Assembly: GCA_048213135.1 (NCBI GenBank)
Contig: PS015388.1
Coordinates: 1 to 64,000 of the forward strand
Length of the DNA: 64,000 bases
Source of the DNA: Reclinomonas americana ATCC 50394
Lineage: Eukaryota
Reading direction: 5' to 3'
Numbering within the stretch: position 1 is the stretch's first letter; each line of letters opens with the position of its first letter. The position numbers and the translations under genes were made by a program. This document shows, piece after piece, positions 30,302-44,200 of the stretch. A model generated the notes under the pieces. That model was not told the origin of the DNA and made no database searches. It saw only the letters and a list, made by a program, of their open reading frames with translations.

Positions 30302-33300
30302 GTTTCCCACTTACTCACTCGCTGCGCTCTCTCTCACTCACTCACGCACCTCTTTCCACACACACACTCACTCTCTCGCTCTCACTCGCTCACGCCTACA
30401 CGCACCCCTTTCAACACACACTCACTCTCTCTCTCTCACGCACACACACACGCTCACTCACTCACTCACTCACTGCTCTCTCTCTCTCTCACACACACAC
30501 AAGACAAGCTGATGCTTGCCTTCTTCTGGCACATTTCGTGTTCCTGAAAATCGACCCTTCTCCTTCTCTCCTTTTCTCTCACTGAACCTTCCCCTCCTAT
30601 AGGCCCTGCAACTGGAGCTTCTCATGCAACGAGCGAAGCGCGGAGCGCACGGCGCACTGTCTCCAGTCGCCGCCTCTGGCGAGATCCACTCACTCGAGGA
30701 GCTGCTGCGTGACGACACCAATCGTCTCTACTTGGAGCGCGTGACCAAGGGCGCTGCAAGCATCATGCCGTCTGGCTTCTCACCACCGCCGCCACGTTGC
30801 GTGCACTGCCTATCCGCGGTGTTTGTCAAGCGTCTTCCTCTGCCTCTCTCCGGTCTCCTTCTCCTTCTCCTCTCTCTTCCCCTTATTCTCCTTCTCCTCT
30901 CTCTCTTCTCTTCATCTCCTTCTCCTCTCTTCCCCTTCTCCCCTCCCTTCGCCATCCCTTCTGACACATCTCTCCCCTCACAGCGCCACCCTCGAATCGA
31001 CCCAACAACCTCGCAGCCGAACGCAATGCCTTGCTGGAGGACGAAGTGTCGCAACTGCGTGCCGCCCTCGACGAGTTGCGTGCCTTGTCCACTTTCTTCC
31101 TCTCATCCGTCTGCCAACCTCTTCCCCCCACGCAGCGCACAGTCGGGAAAGGCCAACGCAGAGGAGGATGCGCGCGTGCTGGACGACTCACTGCGTTCCG
31201 TGTACGCTCGTGTGCAGTCGAGCCACGCCCTGTTGGTGCAAGCGAACCGACAGCTGGCCTCCGACGACGACGAGGTCGCCGCCGACGCCATTGCCACGCT
31301 GTCGGCGCTGGAGACACAATTGCGCGACATTGTCGAATCGTCGCCGCCGAGGAGAAAGTCGCGACCCAATGGTCGCGCCGATCGCTCGCCGGTGGTGGCC
31401 GCCAGCTTGCGGCGCTCGCGTCTCGATTTTTCACTGGCGTCGACTGTGAGAGGTGAGAGAAGGGAAAAGGAGGTGAAGAGGAAGAGAATCAGTTGGCCAG
31501 CAATACTGAGAAATAGAGGTGGATAGAGGCCGGATGGAGAAAGTGAGACTGAGACACTCAGGCCCCCTTTCTGTCTCTCTCGCTCTCAGACTTTCTATCT
31601 CTCTCAGTCTCTCTCTCTCTCTCTGACACTCGCTCCTCTCTCAGTCTCTCTCCCTCTCTCTTGCTCACACTGTCACAGATACGCACTGCAAACAGACAGA
31701 CAGCCAGGCAAGGACATGTACACACCCAACAGACAGACGTGCAGGTTGACACGCGCACGCACACACATACAATGAGAGAGAGAATGAGAATGAGTCTTAG
31801 TGTGTGTCTCTCCCTCTCATTCTCTCTGTTTGTGGTGCACCTTTTTTACTCTTCGCTTGCACACTCGCTGTGCAATGTCCTCTTCCATCGCCGTGCAGTG
31901 CACAAAGGGAGACAGATGCACCAGACAGGCAGGCTGACGCTTCGAGAGACTGTGTTTATTTGCGAGAGACACATACACACGCGCATTCAGGCAAGTCACG
32001 AGAGTAACAACACAATGGCGCGTTTGCTTGCAGTGAAACACATATACAGCTATCACCTTCTATTCCAGCCTCTCCCACTTATCCATCCTCTATCCTTCCT
32101 TCTCTCCTCTCACCTCCTTTTCCTCCTTCTCCTTCCTCCTTCCCCTATCTACCCCCTTTCCCTAATCACCCCTTCTCCCCTTCTTCAGCCTCCGCCGACC
32201 CCTCCACCCTCACCTCCCCACAACTCCGCGACGAAATCGAATCCCTCCGCTCGACCCTGGCGGAGCGCGAGCGCGAACTCGCCGCCGCCCGCGACGACCT
32301 GCTGAAGGATGAAGAGGTGTTTGCGGAGCGCATCCGCCTCTGCCGCAAGCTGGAGCGCCGCCTGCAACGCAGCGAAGCGCAACTCGGCGAGTCGCAGAAG
32401 CAATTGAGCGACGCCAAGGCCTACATTGAGATGCTCGAGCACCACGTCGACGAGCTGCAGTTCCAAGTCGAGTCGCACAAGCACGAGGGAGACTCGCAGG
32501 TATTGGAGCACAAATTGTCTCGCCCTCTCCTCTTTCCCCCCGACTCTCACTTGCTCCGCTCCCTTAGATTGGTGGCGATCGCCCGCTGTCCGCCCGCTCG
32601 ACCACCCCGTCGACCGCGCCACCGCCGCCCACGATGGCCACGCCCACTCCATCGACGGCCGGCGGTCAGGTGCAACCGCACCACACCCCACTCCCACCGC
32701 ATCCGCACCCGCTGCAGAGCGGCAACCCCGCCCACCGCCTGTCGGCCCCGATTGTGTCGTCGGCCAGCATGTCGCCGGCCACCAAGGCCATTCGGCGACA
32801 GAGTGCCGCCTTTGCGCAGCGCGTGGAGGAGGAGGACGAGGTGCAGTTTGAGGAGGGCGACTCCACGGCCATGGTGCAAACGATTCGCGACAGTCTGCGT
32901 GTGCTCGGCATGGGTGGGTCGCCGGCGCCGCAGCACAGCACGCCGATGTTGTCGGGGTCGCCGGGCATGCTCGAGAGGGAGGATGAGAAGCAGGCGTTGG
33001 AGGAGGAGAGGGAGGTGGGTGCACGGAGGGGGAAGGAGGGAGAAGGGGGAGGGAGAGGGGGAAGGGGAGAAGGGAGGGGAAGAGGGGAAAGGGAGAGAGA
33101 GAGAGAGAGAGAGTGAGAGACAGAGAGACAGACAGACAGACAGGCACAAAACTCCATGCCCGTGGGGAACGAGAGGCAAAACTGAGATATTATGTAGAGA
33201 GCGAGAGAGGTGAGTTCTCTCTTTCTCTTTCTCTTTCTCTCTGTTTCTCATTCTCTTGCTCTCTGTTTCTTATTCTCTTTCTCTCTGTTTCTCATTCTTT

Positions 33301-36257
33301 TTCTCTCTGTTTCTCATTCTCTTCTCTCTGTTTCTCATTCTCTTTCTCTCTGTTTCTCATTCTCTTCTCTCTGTTTCTCATTCTTTTTCTCTCTGTTTCT
33401 CATTCTCTTTCTCTCTGTTTCTCATTCTCTTTCTCTCTGTTTCTCATTCTCTTTCTCTCTGTTTCTCACTCTCTTCTCTCTGTTTCTCATTCTTTTTCTC
33501 TCTTCCTCTCATTCTCTTACTCTCTTTCTCTCATTCTCTTTCTGTCTGCGTGTCGTGCATTTAATTCTCCATTCGATCGACATTGTTAGTTGTCATCGTC
33601 ATATCTTCTGAATCGCCCGTGCAATGCACAAAGAGAGATAGTGAGAGGTAATAGGCGCCATGAACGAGTGAGAGGGTTACTGCCCTCTTACTTCCTTTTT
33701 GTGTGTGTGAGGTGTGATCCTGCCTCTCATTTGCATGCTTTGTTGACATCTTCGAATTATCTATCATCGCCCGTACAATGCACAAAGAGAGCGAGCGAGA
33801 GGGAGAGACGAAGCGAGTAAGAGAGAGAATTGGACGAGGCAATGATTGTTGTGTCATCCTCTCTTTATCTGTTCATTCTTTCTACATTCTCTCCCATTCT
33901 CTCTCTTCGCCCCTCAGTTGACAGACAAACAGTGTGTGAGAGAGTTATTTATCTTGCTAAAACGCACATGCACTGTGTGACTGTCTGGCACTCTTTGCTC
34001 TTTCTCGAACACACACTCAAGCACACCATGTACTCGCACATATTCCTCTGCTGAACAGTTCACTAGCCTCCTCTCCCCCGAAACGCACACTGTGTGTCTG
34101 TCTGGCGCTCTCGCTCTTTCTCGAACACACACTCAAGCACACCATGTACTCGCACATATTCCTCTGCTGAACAGTTCACTAACCTCTTTTCCCCTTCTCC
34201 TCTTCTCCCCCTTCTCCCCCTTCTCCCCCTTCCCCCCCTTGCAGCACATCGAGGCTGAGCGCCGCCAACTGGAACGGCAAACCGCGCTCATCGAAATCGA
34301 ATACCGCGGCCGGCAAGACCAACTCGAGGTGGAACTGGTGGAGCTCACCCGCATGATCCAAGAAAAGGAGGCGCTGATCCAGGACCTCCTGCGCCGCGAG
34401 AACGAGGTGCGACAGGCCAAGGAGGAGTACGAGCAGCAGGTGACGCAAATGGAAAAGGAGATTGCCGCCATGCGCGGCGACCTGCAACGCCTGCTGCGCG
34501 ACAACGAACACGTGAGCACGGAGCAGGCCAAGAAGGACAAGGACAAGGAGCGGCTGACGCTGGTGTACGAGGAGCAGCTCAAGTTCAAGGAGGACGAGCT
34601 GGCGGCGATGAAGAAGCGGCAGCGCGAGCACGCGCGCATGATGCGCGAAAAGGCGGAGAGCGACCGCAAGGTGCGCTCGTACGAGGCCGAGTTGTCGCGC
34701 ATGAAGCAGCAGCAGGAGCTACTGCGCAGGAAGATCAAGGACGAGCAGGCCAAGCACGACGAGACGCTGGCGACCATGAATAAGCAGGTGGTCGGGTTGA
34801 AGCGCGAGGCCGAGCTGAGCCAGAAGCGCATTCGTGTGCTGGAGGCGGAGAACGAGCGGCAGCGGCAGTCGCTGCTGCGCAAGAACGAGGAGATCCGCAC
34901 GGCCGAGCGCAAGCTCAAGGCCGCTTCGCCGCAGCTGCGCAAGCAGGCCTCGCAGGCGGCGGAGCTCGACCGCCAGAAGGCGTGGTTGGATCGCGAGGTC
35001 GAAAAGTACGTGACGCACAAGGAGGACATGGAGCGCCTGGAGAAGGAGCTGAAGCAGCGCGAGTTGATTGTGCGCGAGAAGGAGAAGGCGCTGGCGCAGC
35101 GTATGACCATTGAGCAGCGCAAGCGGGCGCGCGATGCCGGTCGCACCGACACCACCAGCAGCATGGAGGGTCTCACGCACGAGATCTCGTCGCTGGAGCG
35201 TGCACTGAGCGAGAAGGAGAATGAGTTGTCACGCAGCAAGGTGTTTGCGCAGGGCGAGTTGGCGCAGATGGTGAGGATTGGGAGAACGGGGTTGAAGGCG
35301 AAGGGGAGTTGTATGGACTGATTTCGTTGGATGATGATGCAGTCGGTGTCGGCAACGGCGGCGGCGGCCTCAGCGGCAGCGGCGGCTCCGCCAGAGGGCA
35401 CAGTGGCCGAGTTGATGCAGGCGATTGCGGAATTGCAGCAGAAGAGAGGTTGCGTGGAGGTGGTGGGGTGAGGGTGAGGAGGAGAGGGGCTTATTGCTGA
35501 TTTGTTCGTGGGATGGGTGCAGGTGAGGCGTTGGCCAAACTCGAGTCGATGCAGCATGGTGTGTGCTTGGATGGTGAGGTCCTGTGTTTGGTTCAGGTGC
35601 TGACAGTTTGTGCACAAAATAGGAGACGATGGCGTGGAGGAGGATGAGGAGGAGGCGCTGCGGGATTTGGATGAGAGAATTGAGGTGCGTCGGTGAAGGG
35701 GAAGGGAGAGGGGAGGGAGGGAAAAGGAAGAAGGGAGAGCGAAAGAGAGGGACGAGAAGAGAGTAGATGGCTGGAGAGAGTGAAGGCGGGAGAACCAGAA
35801 AAACTGAGAGCGAGAGACATTGAGACAAAGAGAAGGAGAAAGAATGAAGAGACAGAGAGAAAGGAGACGAAGCAGATGGAGGTGGAGAGCGAGAGTGCAG
35901 CAGCAAATTTGAGGGAGAGACAGGAGAAAGACAGAGCGAAGGAGAGAAGGATGGAAAGAGAGAGAGAGACACAAAGCAGAAGGAGGGGGAGAGGGAATAA
36001 GTACAGGACAAAGGTTGAGTACGAGAAAAGACATAGAGACAGAGCAAGAGAGGGCGAGGGACAGACAAGCAGACAAAGAAAGAAGAGAAAGAAAGGAACA
36101 AAATTAGTGATGAGGCGAGCGAGGGAGCAATGGTAAAGGAGTGGAGATGAGATTCTTGCAGTGAGAACGAGAGAAGAGGAGAGAGCGGGTGTATGTGAGG
36201 GAGAGAGAGAGAGACAAGGAGAGAGAAAGTTGGAGGCAGACTCAGACAGACAGAAAA

Positions 36258-36313
<56 letters not shown>

Positions 36314-36404
36314 GACGACGAGAGAGGAGAGAGAAGAGAGAGAGAAGACGACACACAGACGACACACACGACGACGAACGAACGAAAGAAAGAAGAAGAA
36401 AGAA

Positions 36405-36439
<35 letters not shown>

Positions 36440-38835
36440 GACGACGAGACGANNNNNNNNNNNNNNNNNNNNNNNNNNNNNNNNNNNNNNNNNNNNNNNN
36501 NNNNNNNNNNNNNNNNNNNNNNNNNNNNNNNNNNNNNNNNNNNNNNNNNNNNNNNNNNNNNNNNNNNNNNNNNNNNNNNNNNNNNNNNNNNNNNNNNNNN
36601 NNNNNNNNNNNNNNNNNNNNNNNNNNNNNNNNNNNNNNNNAGAGAGAGAGAGAGAGAGAGAGAGACCAACAGACAGGGAGGCAGAAAGAGGGAGACAGAC
36701 TCACATGCACACTCAGACAGACAGAAAAAGAGACAGAAAAAGAGTGAGAGAGAGAGAGAGAGACAGAGAAGGAGACAGACAGACAGATACAGACTGGCAG
36801 ACAAACGAAAACGACAAAGAAAATGGAAGTGAAAATGAGAAAGAAAAGTCAGCGAGCGAGAGAATGCATGCAAGTGTCTGCGTATAACTCTCACGCCTTC
36901 TTCCTTTCCTCCCCAACGCCTTTCCCTCACACTCTCTTTTCCCTTTCCACCCACATCAGATCCTCGACGCACGCATCGAGTACATGACCACGCGCATCGC
37001 TGAGCTGCAAAACCACATTGACGACAAGCGACACAACAACGTACCGGCGTTCATGCCCCACGTGGAGATGATTACGCTGCCGGAGGCCCAGACGCTGCTG
37101 CGCCGCTACTTTGAAAAGGTCATTGAGCTGAAGAACGCCGAGCGCCGCAAGGACGAGCGCGTGCACGAGTTGGAGGCGGCCGTGGAGGAGAACACGCAGA
37201 TGTTGGAGCATTTGCGCAACGCACTGCGGCATGCGGAGGCCGACTTCGAGCGGCGCTTGGCTAATCAGGCCAAGGACTTTGAGTTGCGCATGCAGCTGCT
37301 CAACGAGTTGCACGAGTCGGCCGTGGCCGCCGCCGGCTCCGTCACCTCCTACTCGTCTTCGTCGCCACCGCAGTCCTTGTCGTCGTCGGCGGCGGCGGCG
37401 GCTGCCACTGGAGCCGGAGTCGGGGGTGTGGCTTCGGAGGAGGCGTCGCGTCTCGGTCGCTCCGACGACGAGTACGGCAACATGGAGAAGCTCATCAAGT
37501 ACAAGAACGAGCAGGTGGCGATTCTCGAAAAGGACAACCGGTACTACAAGCATCGGCATCGGGATTTGAAGGAGAAGCTGCGGGAGATTATTGCGGAGCG
37601 GGATCGGACGGTGAAGGAGGCGGATGCGTTGAAGAGCGAGTTGAAGAATTTGAGGGTGCGTGAAGGGGAAGGGGTAAAAGGGGAAGGGTGGAGAGGGGGA
37701 ATAGGGGGAAGGGCGGGAAGAGGAGGGAGTGTACATTCTCAAGTATTACTATTTTCTGTTCTCTTTCGTTCTCACTCAATCACAACTATATCAACTCGCC
37801 TGCTATTTGTCTCGCTTTCCTTCATTCTATCTGCTTTTCTTTCTTTCTTTCTGCCTCCCATTCCTTCTTTTTCTCACTTCTTCTCTTCCTCTGCTCTTGT
37901 GGATCTATATTCAGTTTGCACTTTTTTTCTGTATGTCCGATGTTTCTTGCTTGATGTTTCTTCCTTTCTGTTCGTCTCTTTCCTCTCGCTGTATCAGTCT
38001 CTTCTCAACCCTCTCTTTTCCTCACCCTTTCCCTCTTGCCCCTCACCCTTTCCCCCTTGCGCAGACCTTCCTGCACGACACCAAGGGCACCGAGGTAACA
38101 CGCGTGTCGGTCCGCCAGCTGAGACCACTGACAGAGGCCGAGGTGCAGCGACGCTCCGTGGCCAGCGTGCACTCGCACTCGCGGCCATCGTTGCCACTCA
38201 TCACGCCACTGATGTATCACCAACAACAACAACAACAACAGCAACAGCAGCCTTCTTCGCAGTCACAGCCGCCGCCGCAGCAGCAGCAGCATCACAGCAT
38301 GTTGAGCGAGAGCCAGTCCACGGATCAGGAGATGGATGGCGACGACTATGAAGAGCCACTGACGGTGGCCACCAATTTGGCGGTGTTGATGGCACAACAA
38401 CCACAGTACTCACGTGCTGGTCCACCGCCTCAATCTGCGCCGCCACCACCACCACCTCCTTTGCCACTCCAGCAACAGCTGCAGGTACCCTACGGCGGCA
38501 ACGGTGGCTCGGCACCATCACGCTCGCCCAACTCCACACCCTCGCGGCTGCCGCAGTACGTGCGCGAACCGCCGTCCTCGTCGCCGTCGCGGAAGAATGC
38601 ACGAGGGGCGAGCCGCACTCGACAGCTGTCGGGAGACTGCACGACTGCTGCCGCATCGGCCGTCGCCGCTCACCACCCAGTGGCGCAAGTACCGCCCGTG
38701 GCGCTGTCACCGAGACCAGGCATGCAGCCGCCGCTCTTGATGCCTGGATTGCTGCCGGGAACGACGCCCTATCACGCATCGTCGCACTCACAATCGCAGC
38801 AGCAGCAGCAGCCGCCGCCAGGGGCAGTGGAGTGA
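26360..38835 (+). CDS. Kinesin-4 family motor protein (KIF27/KIF7/KIF21-like) with long coiled-coil stalk
   Basis: Motor motifs [81 protein letters not shown] and [19 protein letters not shown]. Coiled-coil exons at 34245-35270 and 36960-37655. Stop at 38833-38835. Confidence 0.95.
29385..29845. repeat. Intronic minisatellite (about 30-bp unit ..CAGTCTCTCTC..CTCATCAAGAAAG..)
   Basis: More than ten degenerate copies within a kinesin intron. Confidence 0.8.
33230..33540. repeat. Intronic minisatellite (about 20-24-bp unit CTCTGTTTCTCATTCTCTTT)
   Basis: Directly visible tandem copies within a kinesin intron. Confidence 0.85.
33960..34182. repeat. About 110-bp direct duplication in an intron
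   Basis: TCTCGAACACACACTCAAGCACACCATGTACTCGCACATATTCCTCTGCTGAACAGTTCACTA occurs at about 34003 and 34119. Confidence 0.85.
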
Positions 38836-39019
38836 TGCAACGAGTTTGGTAAAGAATCATGCGAAAGAATTGTTATTAACACGTACACAAAGTAGGTGAT
38901 CTACATCGCAAAAGAGCTTGGCTGAACTGAAGGACCTGCAAAAGCGCTCAGCTTTTAATGTTGTGTAGCGGACTTCATGTACTGCCACCTCCAAACTCTC
39001 AACAAACTCTCTTCTTCCC

Positions 39020-39719
39020 TCATGCGCTGTTGAAATCCTCGGCCCAGCGCACGGAAATGCCCAGCGGCAGGTTGACATTCGTCACCCGGTCCGCAGCGTA
39101 GACGTCGGTCTTGGGGAACTTGAAGACTTCGCGCTCGTCGACTGCTGCCGGCAAGTCACGCGCCTGCAGGGCGGGGTTGATGCCGCTGAGAGCCGTCGAC
39201 GCCGTGAGGATAGCGTGCGCAAGTCCACCGGCACCCTGGCCCGTGATGTCCGGGTTCGGATAAATGGTGATGAACTTGCCGACCTGTTCAGAAAGGGGAA
39301 GGTCAGCTGCATTCTCACATACAAGAAGGCAGTGAGTGGTACGACGCACTTGCGAATTTGCCATGTCGTCGGTGGACTTGACAAACTTGAACATGTAGCC
39401 GGCCTGGTACAACACCGAGCCGACGGCAGTGGCAATTGCCTGCGCCTTTTGCGCCGTGCCCGACACGTGGATCTTCCAGCCGCCCCTGGCCCTGAAGCCC
39501 GTGACCGGCTCGAAGTCGACGCCCTCCAGCTCAGCTTGCATGCGAAGACGCTCGTTGGCCAAATCGATGCGGTCCTGGCCGCAGATCTTCTGGTTGACGA
39601 CAGTGTAGATGCGTTCGTTGTGGCGCTTGTTCTGCGGGATTCCGTCGACCACAATGGCCGCGAGGGCGGAGGATTGCGCGAGGGTGGCTGCAGGGAGGAG
39701 GAGAGAGGATCCGGAAGGC

Positions 39720-39756
<37 letters not shown>

Positions 39757-40189
39757 CCGAGAGTGAGACGCAGCGGAGAGAGAGAGAGAGAGAGAGAGTG
39801 CGTTGACGTGTTGACAGCAGTTGTCACGGCGACAATGGTTGATGCAGAGAGTGTCAATGACTGTGTGGGCTACAGAGTGCATACGCGTGCAACGCAGCGA
39901 TCGCGAGAGAGAGGTGATATTGTGCCCGAGAACTCTCTTATTGATCACCTTTGTCATCATAGGATACTTCCTCCTCCTCCTCGAGCTCGAACATACCCAT
40001 CTCTGCACATGACGCAGTGATGAGGGATGCATTGGAATGCACATTCTGTATGATGCGCAACGCACCGTCGAGTTGGCGGAGTGTGTCACGGATTTCGTCA
40101 CGGGTCATGCGGCGCGCGTCAGCTGCGAGCGCAATCAGGGCGAGTGCCACCGCGATGGTGGCGACGAGAATGACGAGAGAGAGCTTCAT
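39020..40189 (-). CDS. Secreted phospho-Ser/Thr lyase-like protein (OspF/SpvC; LanL/LanKC N-terminal lyase type), 4 exons
   Basis: Exons 40189-40066, 40002-39949, 39687-39350 and 39283-39020 splice in frame at GT-AG. The product has a signal peptide MKLSLVILVATIAVALALIALAADA, an acidic segment, then GWKIHVS..MFKFV..SQVGKFITIYP..DERE..ISVRW. Confidence 0.75.
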
Positions 40190-40396
40190 CTATTCGCGCG
40201 GAAAGAGAGAGAAAAAGGAGATGGCGGATATGTGCTCGCGTTACAGGGCCGAATATCCGCTTGCATTGTCAATATCAGGAGTTGGCGGCGCGAGGAAACG
40301 CCAGCGTTTCCCACAGCAGAGGGAATGCAGCTCCTTTAACACGGGAGGCGTCATCCACTGCTGGATCGTGCAGAGCAGCACGATGGGAAGAGGGGA

Positions 40397-41076
40397 ATGC
40401 CACCGGAAAAACTCCACACAGCAACTCCATGCACTTTTGATCCGACTCGGAGCTCCAAGGCACTTTCAGCTGCTTGCGCACGCGGACGAGAAAGCCATGG
40501 ACTCGGTGAACGTATACACAGTCTTCAAGATATCGATGTTGACGTCGATATCGATATCGATCTTGAAGTTGCCTCATGCATCTCGTCTCTGTTGCGATCG
40601 GAGGCCAGCTTGGCGTTGTGCGCATGCGTCTTGTAGGATCCGCAAGATACCCAGCGAGAGCAGCGCGTGCTGCGAGAAAGCATTGCCTGCACAGGACTTC
40701 TTTGTGCTTCGTTCTCCGCAGCGCACGCACACTCGCTGCTCGTCGCCCGCCACACAATGTCGCTCGTTGCTGGTGAAGAGTTGTGTACCTCGTTGTGAGA
40801 GACTGTAAGAAGAGAGAGAGAACAGGATGCAATGCACGAATGATTCTCTTCTCACTCTCTCTCACTCGCACTTACGCTCTCTCTCTCTCTCTCTCAGCAC
40901 ACAACATCGCACACTATGTGAGTGTCTTTTCCTGATCTCACTAATATACAGAGACATTGGTGCGTTGCCTCAATGCTCCGTTCTCGCTCAATGAGTGTGT
41001 GTGACTGAGAGACGCCTCTCTCTGTGTTTCTCTCCGTGTGACTTAGAGAGACATGGTTGCATTTGCCTCTTTCTCG

Positions 41077-41125
<49 letters not shown>

Positions 41126-41237
41126 NNNNNNNNNNNNNNNNNNNNNNNNNNNNAGTGTGTGTGTCGTAGAGAGACGCTCTCTCTGTTGTTCTTCTCGTCG
41201 TGTACGTAGTAGAGACAGTGTGTCTTCTCTTCTTCTC

Positions 41238-41277
<40 letters not shown>

Positions 41278-44200
41278 CTCACTCTTCTTCTCACGCACAG
41301 GTCCAACTTCATTCGTGCCACCAAAGTCGTGAGTGGTGTCGCCGCTCGTGCTCTCCGTGCTCTTGTGCAACGAGAGCTGCCGGCATTCGTGCGCCACTGC
41401 GCGGCCGAGACTGCAACATCGCCAGCGGGGAAGCTGGAGTTGATGAAGGAGTGGATGAAGAAGCCAGACGATCGAGACGAGCGGTGAGTGCTCGCTCTCA
41501 CTCTCTCCCTCTCTCTTCTCCTCTCGCACGCATGCACCCACTTGTCTGCCCTTTCCACTTCCTCTCTCCTTTTCTCATTGTTTCTCTCTCATCACTCTCC
41601 GCCGCCCTCTCTGTCTGCAGTTCTCCTTTCATTCCTCTCTCTCAATATGAAAGTCTTTCCCTTGCCTCTCTCTCTCTCTCTCAGTCTTATCAAACGCTCG
41701 CTCTCTTGGTGACTTCCCATTCCCTTCCCTTCCCCCTCTCCCTTTTCCCTCTCCTTTGTCTTCCCTTCTCCCCTTTCTCACTCTCATGTGCTGCAGCACC
41801 CTTCTGCCAGAATTCGATTACTGCGTGCTGTACTCCTCCTCGGTGGTATCTGCCATGGAGGACTGGCAGCGTGCCTTGGACGACGGCGACCCTGCTCCCT
41901 CGTGCAACGCGTTTGACCTGACGTGTATCACGTCGATACTGCTCGACGCGCATTGGGCCCCGGATGCTACTGCCGCTCCGCTCGATGTGCGCCAGCTAAT
42001 CTCCGATCCGTCACAGGTGTGCTGTACTACCCTCTTTTGCTGGCTTCCTCTTCATCTCGTGCTCACATCTGGCTGGCATGGCACACACAGCGCGATGCAG
42101 TGCAGCATCTGCTCGACGCGAGGGACGACCTCCTGCGACTCCCGATTGACCGACTGACAGCCGCACGATCGCGCGATCTCCTGGGCGACGACGCCGTGGA
42201 AGGGCGAGTGGTGCACCTGCTGCGGCAAGCGCAAGTTCCACACGTGGAGACCTTTGAGAAGGAGATTGACGCTATTCGTTGCGGTGGGTTGCTGCTGCAT
42301 TCGACTCCTCGTCGGGATTTCTGTTGATTCTTACCGTGAGTGAGCGACAGATTCGACGTCGGTGAAGCACGCAGTCTGTTTCAGTAACGAGGGACAGCTG
42401 AAAGGATTCCCGTTCCCCAGTCGCGTCGCGGAGGCCAAGCGAATGGCTGAGCGATTGCTGGAATGCGAGGCTGGTGAGGAGACGAGTGTCCTCTTCAGCT
42501 TTTACTTTTTCGTTGTGCTACGCTCTTTGCCGCTCACACGCTCTCCTCCTTATGGTTCATTCTCTCAAGACGAGACTGTCGGCATGATTGTGCTCTCTGG
42601 CGAGGGAGGCAGTGGCAAGACGACACTGACTAGGCTAATCGTGGGGGAGATGAACCGCAAGAAGTGGCATGGATCGGCACTGTACTCGGACATGCGCGGT
42701 CACACGGCCGATGCGACGCAATTCACGTCGGTGAGTGGAAGTTGCCTGCGCATGAATGCCTGTCGGTGGTTTGTTGCTGATCCGATATCTCTTCTGTGCA
42801 TCGACACAGACGACAGAGGTGCTGAGCAGTGGGCTGCGCGGATTCGCCAATGCCATGACATTTGCGTACTTTGACGCGCCCCCTTTGATCGACATCGAGG
42901 GGTGGGAGCAGGATGATGATGATGTGGACGTGCTGCGCAGTCGCTTGAGTCGTTTCATGAAGGACAGTCGCGGAATTCTGTTGCTTGACAATGTCGGCAC
43001 GGGGAAGCAAGTGTTGGATGTGCTGCAAGGCGCAGATGTACGTGAACGCGCCGGTGAAGGTGTGTACATTTGTGTCTGTGTTCATTAACGAGTCTGTCTG
43101 TGTTGTCGTGCTTTGCTTTTGTATATCTATATTTCTCCTGTTCATCTCGACTCGCAACATTCGTTAGCACATTCGCTCTACTCTTCGAATGTGTCACAAT
43201 TCTCTGCACGGCTGTTCTGTGTGGTAGAGGTTGTGTGTTCTTGTTTTGTGTGCACTTCTCGTATGCCGCTCGTCTCACCGCGTACGTCAACTCAATTTCT
43301 TGTGAAGTTATGTGAGGTACTGGGCTTGCGTTGTCGCTTTGGCAGCACACTTCCAGTGCTGTTATGTGTGGTACAGGGTGTGTGTTCTCACTTTTTTGTG
43401 CACGTCTTGTACCGCTCTACTCCTCGCATGTGTCAGCACAATTCTCTGTGCAGCTATGTGTGGTGTGTGTTCTCGCCTTTGTGTGCACATCTCGTGTGCT
43501 ACTCGTCTCGTTTTAGGTGTCCACTTATTTCCCTGCGCAGCTGTGTGTGTTAGTGAGTGTGTGTTCTCGTTTGGTGTCTATGCATTGTGCCGCTCTTCTC
43601 GTCGAGTTGCCAACACATTTTCCTGTACTGTAGAGGTTGTGCGTTCTTGATTTGCGTACTTTTCTCGTGTGCTGCTATTCTCGCCCATGTGTCAACGTGT
43701 CTGCAGGGTGTATGTGCCCCTTTTGTGTGCACACCTTGTGCCGCCCTTCTCGTCCATGTGTCCACGTGTCGTACTGGGTGTGTGTTCTCGCTTTTGCGTG
43801 CACGCCTTGTGTCACTCATCTCGTCGCATGCGTCTACACAATTCCCTGTGCTGCTCCGTGTGGAAGAGGATTTGTGTTCTCTCTTTGTGTAAGCACTTCT
43901 CGTGCATCCCACTTTGCCCCCAGACTTGTGTTGCCAACCATCCCTTTCCTACCGCCGCAGGAACCCCACTCATGGTCGCCCCACTGGTGATCGTCACGAC
44001 GCGCTTCGCGCGAGTAGCCGACGAATTGCAGCGCTCGCCTGTGTTGACGTCGGCTGTGGTGCTTCACATGTCGGTGGGCGATGTGGAGGCCGACGACGTG
44101 GCGCAGTACGTGCGACTGCAGTTTGACGCACCGGAAGAGACTTATCGCGAGGTGACGGAGGCAATGGTCGAGAGGCCACAGGCGTTCCGCGTGACTCTCT

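Noticed and set aside
34133-36076. 647-aa minus-strand ORF
   Set aside because: It is the antisense shadow of the kinesin coiled-coil exon plus CT repeats.
39020-40189. Bacterial contamination or a complete lanthipeptide gene cluster
   Set aside because: The gene has three spliceosomal introns, one with a host-type microsatellite, and no LanC, fused kinase or transporter lies nearby.
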